64,000 nucleotides of DNA from Vulcanimicrobiota bacterium. GTDB taxonomy: Bacteria; Vulcanimicrobiota; Xenobia; Xenobiales; JADMJV01. The stretch covers positions 334,934 through 398,933 of the forward strand of contig JBFWNU010000004.1 in the NCBI GenBank assembly GCA_050250895.1, given 5' to 3'. The notes under the pieces are model-generated. The model worked only from the letters and a program-made list of their open reading frames with translations, ran no database searches and had not been told where the DNA came from. The translations under genes and the position numbers were made by a program. This document shows positions 8,580 through 15,440 of the stretch, in pieces. Position 1 is the first letter of the stretch. Every line of letters begins with the position of its first letter.

Positions 8580-9689
8580 TCGAAATCCGGCCTCGGGCAG
8601 CGGGTCGGGACCCTCGTTCCACCCCACTTCGACATCCGGGGCAACCCCCACGCCCTCGAGCCGCTCGCCGTCGACCCTGACATCGGCCTGAGCGAGATAA
8701 AGGGCGTGACCGTCCGGCAGCAGGTGCAAGCCGCCACCCAGCACCGCGCCGCGCGTCTTCTCGCCCACCAGCAGCCCCCGCCGCGAGCGCTTGAAGGCGT
8801 GAGCCAGCAGCTCTTTACCACTGCTGACGCTGCCGTCGATCAGGACCACGACTGGGCGATTCCAGGTCGAGCCCGGCAGGTCGAACTTCTCGCCCTCGGG
8901 CGAAGTCATCGTCAACGACGGAGTGGCCGCGAAAAGCTCCATGTACTTGGGCTGGGCCCCACCCCAACTGCCCCTCAAGTCCAGCACCAGCCCCTCGGCG
9001 CCGGCCAGGGGACCTTCGAGCACGGCCCGGAGTTCTTCTTGATAAGCCTCACCAGCGTAGGACCACATCCTGACATAGGCGAGGCGACGGCCCTCGTGCT
9101 CTTGCATCCTGGCCGAGGCGCGGATGGCCTGCAGAAAGAACCGCCGCGGCTGGATATCCTGGGGCACGACCTCGAGTTCAAGCGCATCCCCTCGCTTCTC
9201 GATGGTCAGCCGGCACGCTTTACCGGCCCTGCCCCGGAACGAGTCGATGGGATGAAAGGGCTGCCCATCCACGCTCACGATTCGATCGCCACGCTGCAAC
9301 TGATGGCCCGGCCCACCCGGAACGACATCCCAAACCACCCCCTCGCGCGTGACCACACCGATGCCCTCGTAGTGCGGCAACTCCCCGCCAAAGAGCGCCG
9401 TGATGGCCTCTGCCTGGGGACCGTAGGCGAACACGTCCAGCAACTCATAGTAGGCTGGCTCGCGAGCGCTGTAGAGGTGGGTGTGCGAGGCCTCGAGCCG
9501 GGCCAGATAGTCATTCACCACTTTCACCCGCTGCTCGCCATCGAGCCCCTCGACCGCCTCGGACGCCTCCTGCCGAAAGCGCTCGAAGTCGTTGGCTCGA
9601 TAAAACCCGCTGGCCACCAGCGACCAGACCCTTTCGACCAAAGTGTCCTGGACGGGATGGAGCAGCAGAAGCAGCAGCAGAAATCTCAT
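8511..9689 (-). CDS. S41 family (C-terminal processing) peptidase with PDZ domain
   Basis: Signal peptide; LEASHT, GDRIVSVDG, LDLRGSWGG, SSGKE, LEGVGVAPD. Confidence 0.9.
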   Translation of the reverse strand: MRFLLLLLLLHPVQDTLVERVWSLVASGFYRANDFERFRQEASEAVEGLDGEQRVKVVNDYLARLEASHTHLYSAREPAYYELLDVFAYGPQAEAITALFGGELPHYEGIGVVTREGVVWDVVPGGPGHQLQRGDRIVSVDGQPFHPIDSFRGRAGKACRLTIEKRGDALELEVVPQDIQPRRFFLQAIRASARMQEHEGRRLAYVRMWSYAGEAYQEELRAVLEGPLAGAEGLVLDLRGSWGGAQPKYMELFAATPSLTMTSPEGEKFDLPGSTWNRPVVVLIDGSVSSGKELLAHAFKRSRRGLLVGEKTRGAVLGGGLHLLPDGHALYLAQADVRVDGERLEGVGVAPDVEVGWNEGPDPLPEAGFRELLKVLQKEKRPGMAVPRQLLE

Positions 9690-9730
9690 CGCTCCAACTT
9701 GGAGTTTTTCTTGGAGACCCCTTCGCCCAG

Positions 9731-9777
9731 TTCACATCTTGCCACAACCTGTTAACAATCGTCACAAACTGTCAACA
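9731..9777. promoter_or_regulatory. Five half-sites at 10-nt pitch (OmpR/PhoB-type binding array candidate)
   Basis: TTCACA 9731, GCCACA 9741, GTTAAC 9751, GTCACA 9761, GTCAAC 9771. Confidence 0.45.
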
Positions 9778-9820
9778 GACAAATCGATACAGAATCGGCC
9801 TGGTTGGCTAAGATAATGAC

Positions 9821-9893
9821 ACAACCGAATAACCTAAGTCACCAGGTCCAACCTCTCTCCGCGTGCTAACCAAACCTGGTGGCTTTTTTTTTT
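9821..9893 (+). ncRNA. Putative sRNA with 26-nt C-rich loop
   Basis: TAAGAT/GATAAT -10 candidates at 9809-9817; 12-bp stem 9836-9847/9874-9885; T10 tail; no ORF. Confidence 0.6.
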
Positions 9894-9943
9894 GCCCTGA
9901 AAAGGTCAAGGAATCTCCAAGGCGGCCAGGCTAGAATGAGGTC

Positions 9944-10001
9944 AGTGAGATGAGCAAACGGTTGGAACACCCGGGGGCCCGATAGGGCCCCCATTTTTTT
10001 T
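9944..10001 (+). ncRNA. Putative ~58-nt sRNA
   Basis: TAGAAT 9932-9937; GGGGGCCC-GATA-GGGCCCCC hairpin plus T8, only ~100 nt after the previous terminator. Confidence 0.55.
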
Positions 10002-10164
10002 GCCCCGCGGGCCCGCCTGGCCCACGTTCAGAGTGGGGGATCGCCAGCCAGGCCGGCGGCGGCCCGGTTCTTCCGCACGGAAGTCCAACCTGCCCCGGTC
10101 GACCCGCCCGGATATGGTCGGCGACTCCAGCGGGATGGTGGGGCTTCGTCGCGAATTCTAACCC

Positions 10165-10686
10165 ATGGCCATCTCGGACGCCGCGCTCTTTCGCCTGCGA
10201 ATGCTGGCTCTGCTAGGCGTGGCCCTGGTGCTGGGGGCCGTCACGCTCATACTCGACGCCGCCCCCTGGCAAGGCAAAGTGCGGGGACTTGATTGGCGAG
10301 CCTTCACCGTCGACGGGGTGGCTCTGGGCGACACGCCCACCCAGGTCGAGGCCTTCTGGCCCGGCGGGTTTCACAAGGCAGCCTGGCCTGGTACAGAGCA
10401 CTGGTCGAGCGACATCTCGAACTTGTATGTCGAGTTCCACAACGGGACCGTCGACTGGGTTTCGGGCACCCAACTGCGAGCCGGGGACTACCTCCTCGAG
10501 GTCGGGGATTCGGTCGCCCAAGCCAAACAGGTTATGGGACGACCCCGGCGTTACCGAGACTCTATCGGCAGCCTCTACTATGGCTACCGCAAACGCGACA
10601 TCCTGGTCGAGCTTCAGGTGGACGACCGACTCGAGCGCGTCCTGCGCGTGGACCTCAAGCGAGTCGAATCCGAGCCCGACCACTGA
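10165..10686 (+). CDS. Membrane-anchored or secreted hypothetical protein (paralog of 7120-7527)
   Basis: N-terminal hydrophobic helix; VDGVALGDT and VGDSxxxxxxxMGRP pseudo-repeats. Confidence 0.7.
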   Translation: MAISDAALFRLRMLALLGVALVLGAVTLILDAAPWQGKVRGLDWRAFTVDGVALGDTPTQVEAFWPGGFHKAAWPGTEHWSSDISNLYVEFHNGTVDWVSGTQLRAGDYLLEVGDSVAQAKQVMGRPRRYRDSIGSLYYGYRKRDILVELQVDDRLERVLRVDLKRVESEPDH

Positions 10687-10699
10687 CTCGACTCGCCCA

Positions 10700-10797
10700 C
10701 TACCGTCTACCGTCTACCGTCTGACGACTACCGTCTACCGTCTGACGACTACCGTCTACCGTCTGACGACGACCGTCTACCGTCTGACGACTACCGT
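10700..10797. repeat. Heptamer tandem repeat with 21-nt higher-order unit
   Basis: 14 units of CTACCGT/CTGACGA between convergent genes. Confidence 0.95.
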
Positions 10798-10802
10798 CTG
10801 TC

Positions 10803-11840
10803 TCAGGCGTCCCAGCCCAGGTTCTGGCAATAGGCGTGCATGTCGGGGTCGACCTTGAGCAGATGAGCCCGCTTTTCGGGCGAGTGGAGATAGTCGGCCA
10901 TGGCCTCGGCCAGATACTCTTCGGGGCGGCGCTCGGTGGCCGCATAGGCCGAGATCATCGAATCAGGATTCTGGTCGGGGATAGTGGCCTCGATGAAGCC
11001 CGGCCGGCTGATGATCTGATCGTCAGCGAAGGTGGCCAGGTCGTTCTCGCGCCTCCAGGCTTTGACCACCTCGGCTGTGTACTTCGCGCCCAAAGCCAGC
11101 ACCGGCACACCGATCAGGGGTGCACCGGCCAGCGAGAGGGTCACCCCGACGGCGTTGATGGCGGCCGCGATCGGCAGTGAGGGTCCGGCATTGACGTAGA
11201 AACGCTGAATGCGGCTGGAGGCGGTCTCGGTCATCAGCAGGCGACCGTCCTTCTCCTCCACCTGACACGCCCGGTAGGGAAAGGGAAGGTCGGTAAAATC
11301 GGTCTTGCCTTTCAAGCGGGCCTGCTGGACATCGTAGGCCAGCTGGCGATGAGCGCGCCGGACAGAGTTCTTATGCAACTCCGCCAGGTTAGGATCGCGG
11401 CGCGAGAAATACTGAGCGCTAAACGGCGTGGCTACTCGCCCGGCCAGCCCCAGGTCGGCGCGCCCCTCGAGATAGTCGACGGCGTGGGTGAGTTCATGCA
11501 ACAGGTAGGTGCGCATGTTCTTGCGGTCGTCGGCCAGCACCGTGATCTCTTTGGTGAGCGGGTTGAAGGTGCCGCCCTGGTTAGGGTCTTTGGTAAAGGT
11601 GATCCGCACCCCGGCCTCGCGCAGGCGGGCCTGCAGGTCGGGGCGGAACGACTCGAGGGCCTTCTTGGCATCGGCTTTGATCCAGTCGGGCAGCTTCTTC
11701 TGGGTGAGGAACTCGCGAAAGTCGAGCGGCCTGGCCTCGACGCTATCGGTGATGAGGGCTGGCTGGGCCTGGGGTCGGGAAGCAGCGGGCCGCGCCGGAA
11801 GAGGCGTAGCCGTAGTCAGAGGACCGATCTTTCCCAACAT
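10803..11840 (-). CDS. Zinc metallopeptidase (anthrax lethal factor/MtfA-like) with inserted hydrophobic hairpin
   Basis: LLHELTHAVD plus SAYAATxxxPEEYLAEA. Confidence 0.7.
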   Translation of the reverse strand: MLGKIGPLTTATPLPARPAASRPQAQPALITDSVEARPLDFREFLTQKKLPDWIKADAKKALESFRPDLQARLREAGVRITFTKDPNQGGTFNPLTKEITVLADDRKNMRTYLLHELTHAVDYLEGRADLGLAGRVATPFSAQYFSRRDPNLAELHKNSVRRAHRQLAYDVQQARLKGKTDFTDLPFPYRACQVEEKDGRLLMTETASSRIQRFYVNAGPSLPIAAAINAVGVTLSLAGAPLIGVPVLALGAKYTAEVVKAWRRENDLATFADDQIISRPGFIEATIPDQNPDSMISAYAATERRPEEYLAEAMADYLHSPEKRAHLLKVDPDMHAYCQNLGWDA

Positions 11841-11868
11841 GGGGACAGTTTACCACAAATGCCGAGTC

Positions 11869-12297
11869 CTAGAAACCGTAGTTGGCGTTGAGTCCGGCGA
11901 GTAGCGGATTGAGCAGGCTGGCATCGGCCAACAACTGCTGCTGCTGGGCCCCGGCCTTCATTCCGCCGGCCAGGGTGCTGGTGCCGATGGTGCCGGCGAT
12001 GTTGGCGTCGCTGGCGCCCAACTGGGCCATGGCCGCCTGGTTGGCCAGCGAGCCGCCGCCCGAAAGGTCAGGGGGAAGACTGGCGTCGGCGGGCGGGATA
12101 CCGGCCATGGCTAGCTCAGGAGAGGCAGAAAACCCATCCGTCAACCCGCCACCGCCGCCGCAGAGAGGACATCCGCCCCCACCCATGGTCGGGTCGAGAG
12201 GCAGCGCGGCCGCGCCAGCAGTAGGGTCGAGCATCGAAGCACCGAGGGAGGGCATTCCGAGACCTCCACCCATTCCTAGACCACCGATGTTGAACAT
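11869..12297 (-). CDS. Gly/Ala/Met-rich low-complexity protein with CPLC motif
   Basis: GAGGAG RBS and TAAACT -10 upstream. Confidence 0.65.
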   Translation of the reverse strand: MFNIGGLGMGGGLGMPSLGASMLDPTAGAAALPLDPTMGGGGCPLCGGGGGLTDGFSASPELAMAGIPPADASLPPDLSGGGSLANQAAMAQLGASDANIAGTIGTSTLAGGMKAGAQQQQLLADASLLNPLLAGLNANYGF

Positions 12298-12498
12298 AGC
12301 CTGACTCCTCTCTAGTCTCAGTTTAGAGGAGCGGCTGCCGGCCCGATAGCGGCAAAGGTTACCGAAAAGTAAACCGTGTTACCCGATTATTGCCGTTGCT
12401 GGCAGACTTGTGTCCAACCGAGCTGCCATACCCTCGATGACGAAGTCATCGCTCCCCTCTCGGCCAGCCGAAGCGACAGCGACGGCTGGCCGCTCCCC

Positions 12499-14505
12499 TT
12501 AGGGCTTCTGGGTGCCGATCTCGTAGCCCGTCACGGCCGCCCGGCTCAGCTCGAAGCCCTGGGACTCTCCCGGTCCGTCGCCTTCATAGGTCAGGCGAAT
12601 CTGGACCTCCTTCTGGTCGAAGTCGTGCATGGGCAGCTTGTGCACCCGCCAGCCGTGCGAGTCGCCGTTGAACTCGGCCACTCGACGCCAGCGGTCGCTG
12701 CCGACCTCGGACACTTCGACTTTGACGAACTCATAGTGGGGCTCGAGGTCATACTTGGCCTCGAGATAGAGGCAGCTGTCGCCGAAGTCGTCCAGGCGGA
12801 AGGCCTGCGAGACCAGGCTGCCCGGCCCGTCGACCCGCCACGCTTGGCCGCGCTCGGCGGTTTCGGTGCGGTTCCAGCCGCCTTCGGCCGACCAGGCCGC
12901 TTCGGTGGCGTGGTCTTCAAAAGCAACGCGGGCAGCCGGCACGTTGACGGTGGCTTCGCTCAGGGCCGAGCGGTTGCCAACCTTGTCGATGATCTTCATG
13001 CCGACGTGCACAGTCTGGGCCGTGCCCGACGGCATCAGGTCAAACATCGGAGCCTCGGTCTTGCCGGTCTCGGCGGCCCGGCTCCAGGCTACGGTTTCGG
13101 CCGCCTGGAAAGCTTCTTCGCTAGCCAGCGAGTTGGGGCTGAGCTTGACCTCATAGGCCGAGGCCTGACCGCACCAGCCGTCGTCGCCGGTCGAAGTCCA
13201 GGCCATGCGCATCTTATCGGGCAGGGCCCGGGCTCTAAAGTCGGTCGGAGCGGCCGGAGGCAGGTTGTCGTTGGCAATGGCCCGGGCTACGTTGAGACGA
13301 CCCTCGGTGCGGGTCTTGCCTTTGAAAGCGACTTTGGGTTCGGTGCTGTAGAGCAGGCGGTCTTTGAGTTGCTGATTGCTGATATCGGGATAAGCTGTGG
13401 CCACCAGTCCGGCCGCGCCGGCCACATGGGGCGTGGCCATCGAGGTGCCGTTCCAGGCCTCGTAGCCGCCGCCGGGCACCGTCGAGAGGATGGCTACGCC
13501 GGGGGCGGCCAGATCGACCGTCTCTTTGCCGTAGGACGAGAACGAACCCAGCTCGTCGTTGCGGTCAGAGGCGGCCACCACGATGGCGTTGTCGAGACCG
13601 AAATTGGCCGGATAGTCGGGGGTGAAGTCGTTATCGCGGGCGTCGTTGCCGGCCGCGAAGATGTGCAGGGCTGGCGAGTGGGCGAACACGTCGCGGACGA
13701 TGGGATTATAGCCGGCCCCGGTCCACGAGTTCGAGGTCACGCGGGCGCCCATCTTGTCGGCGTAGCGCACGGCCCGGATGATCGTGGCCGCGGTGGTGGC
13801 GTCGCCGTCATCGGGGAAAATCTTGATCGGCATGATCTGGGCGCGCCAGTTGACGCCGACCACGCCCTGGTCGTTGTTGCCTTCGGCGCCGATGGTGCCG
13901 GCGCAGTGGGTGCCGTGGCCGTGACCGGCCCGGGCGTCGCCGTTGTCGAGCACGGCGTTGTACCCGTGCAGATCGTCGATGACGCCGTTGCCGTCGCTGT
14001 CGTTGCCGTCGGCCGTCTCGCCGGGATTGGTCCAGAGATTGTTCTTGAGGTCGGGGTGGTCATAGTCCTGACCGGTATCGAGCACCGCGATGATGGGCCC
14101 GTTCTCGCGAGTACCGATGCAGGTCGCCCAGGCTTCGGGGGCATCGATGTCGGCGTCGGGGGTGCCGCCGTCCTGACCGGTGTTGTTCATCCCCCACAGT
14201 GAGGGGCTGAGATCGCTGGGTTTGAGGGGCTCGCCGGCCAGATGGTAGATGGTATTGGGAGCCGTCTCGGCCACGCGCGGGTCCTGGCTCATCTTTTCCA
14301 TGGCCTGCTCGGTCGAGGTGCCCTGGGGCAACTTCAGGTGAAGAATTTCCTCCCCCTGGGTCTGGAAGAGGCCGTTGCTCTCGAAGCGGTCGAGCACTTC
14401 GGCGCCATAGTCCTTGGCCAGATCCGAGGTGGACTGGAAGAGGTTGGGCTTGGTCTTGACCAGGACCTCGCCGGGAACATACTGTTGGGCGTGGGAGACT
14501 TTCAT
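12499..14505 (-). CDS. S8 subtilisin-like serine protease with prodomain and C-terminal beta domains
   Basis: LDTG, HGHGTHCAG, FAAGN, NGTSMATPHVAG; YVPGEVLVK prodomain; start placed at MKVSHAQ. Confidence 0.93.
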   Translation of the reverse strand: MKVSHAQQYVPGEVLVKTKPNLFQSTSDLAKDYGAEVLDRFESNGLFQTQGEEILHLKLPQGTSTEQAMEKMSQDPRVAETAPNTIYHLAGEPLKPSDLSPSLWGMNNTGQDGGTPDADIDAPEAWATCIGTRENGPIIAVLDTGQDYDHPDLKNNLWTNPGETADGNDSDGNGVIDDLHGYNAVLDNGDARAGHGHGTHCAGTIGAEGNNDQGVVGVNWRAQIMPIKIFPDDGDATTAATIIRAVRYADKMGARVTSNSWTGAGYNPIVRDVFAHSPALHIFAAGNDARDNDFTPDYPANFGLDNAIVVAASDRNDELGSFSSYGKETVDLAAPGVAILSTVPGGGYEAWNGTSMATPHVAGAAGLVATAYPDISNQQLKDRLLYSTEPKVAFKGKTRTEGRLNVARAIANDNLPPAAPTDFRARALPDKMRMAWTSTGDDGWCGQASAYEVKLSPNSLASEEAFQAAETVAWSRAAETGKTEAPMFDLMPSGTAQTVHVGMKIIDKVGNRSALSEATVNVPAARVAFEDHATEAAWSAEGGWNRTETAERGQAWRVDGPGSLVSQAFRLDDFGDSCLYLEAKYDLEPHYEFVKVEVSEVGSDRWRRVAEFNGDSHGWRVHKLPMHDFDQKEVQIRLTYEGDGPGESQGFELSRAAVTGYEIGTQKP

Positions 14506-14569
14506 AGGCTCCAAGATAGGCCGGGCGACCGCCCCGAGAAGTAACCAATTTATTACAGGACAGACACCG

Positions 14570-15031
14570 ATGAGAAAGCTAGTCCCGATAGCCCTGCTGG
14601 CCCTCTGGCTGGGGGGATGCCAGCACGCCCAACACCCCGACGATACGGCCAACACTCCCAGGGCAGTGGCCCAACAGTCGCTGGTGGTGGACCAAAAAGA
14701 CTTCTCCCGCGATCTTCCCGAGGGGCTCGGCCAGGCCTCGACCGAGCGCAAGACAGCCGAAGTAGCCATCGACGATCAGGCCCGGTTCAAACTGCTCGTT
14801 CACTACGACCAGCTCACCGACAAGCCCGACCTCTTTCGCCAGGTCGAGGTCGCGTTGGCTGAACCGGCCGAGGTCGAGGTCAAGGCCGACATCGGCCTGC
14901 CCACCAACCTGGGAACTCCCGAGGCGCCCAAGATGACCGTCCCGATCAAGGTCGAGTGGAGCGGCTCTGGCTGGAGTCGGGCCAGGATGTTCACCTTGCA
15001 CCCCGACGGGAAACTCGTCTCGGACGAGTAG
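14570..15031 (+). CDS. Hypothetical lipoprotein
   Basis: MRKLVPIALLALWLGGC lipobox. Confidence 0.75.
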   Translation: MRKLVPIALLALWLGGCQHAQHPDDTANTPRAVAQQSLVVDQKDFSRDLPEGLGQASTERKTAEVAIDDQARFKLLVHYDQLTDKPDLFRQVEVALAEPAEVEVKADIGLPTNLGTPEAPKMTVPIKVEWSGSGWSRARMFTLHPDGKLVSDE

Positions 15032-15036
15032 TGTGT

Positions 15037-15064
15037 AAAAAGCCCCGGATCTCTCCGGAGCTTT
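15037..15064. terminator. Probable bidirectional intrinsic terminator
   Basis: AAAGCCCCGGA-TCTC-TCCGGAGCTTT between convergent genes. Confidence 0.75.
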
Positions 15065-15087
15065 CGACCGACTTGAGCAACACGCGG

Positions 15088-15282
15088 CTAGGCGATGACG
15101 TCAATGAGACTCTCGCTGCGAATGGGGCCTTGAACGGGGGGCTCTAGCTTGGCGGGGTTGTCGCCCTGACGCTCCTTGAGGCCTCCGATCTTTTCTGAGG
15201 CTTTGGGTCCCGTCTCGGCCGCGGCGGCCCGAACATTGAGAGCAGGCCGGGGGTTGCTGTTGCGGATGCTGGAGTTGACCAT
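15088..15282 (-). CDS. 64-aa small protein ending LIDVIA
   Basis: AAAGGA RBS, TATTCT -10 and its own terminator. Confidence 0.65.
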   Translation of the reverse strand: MVNSSIRNSNPRPALNVRAAAAETGPKASEKIGGLKERQGDNPAKLEPPVQGPIRSESLIDVIA

Positions 15283-15389
15283 GCTGGTTGTTCCTTTCGA
15301 TGACTGATTTCTAGACCCAGAATAGGCTAAGTCAAGACGCTCAAACGACGATCGCCTGGCCGAGCTGTTTAGTGCATGTAAACAAAGGT

Positions 15390-15420
15390 AAAAAAAGGGC
15401 CGCGCGGTGGCGCGGCCCTT
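15390..15420 (-). terminator. Intrinsic terminator of 15441-17297
   Basis: 11-bp stem AAGGGCCGCGC/GCGCGGCCCTT and T7 on minus strand. Confidence 0.88.
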
Positions 15421-15440
15421 CTGACTGGCTCGTCTGACCC

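Noticed and set aside
10021-10140. tRNA-like element (CCCAC-GTTCAGA-GTGGG hairpin)
   Set aside because: No acceptor stem, D arm or anticodon arm can be built
12376-14202. Long antisense ORFs (this 608-aa frame, also 314-1657, 8559-9755 and others)
   Set aside because: Shadow frames of genuine GC-rich genes; no motifs
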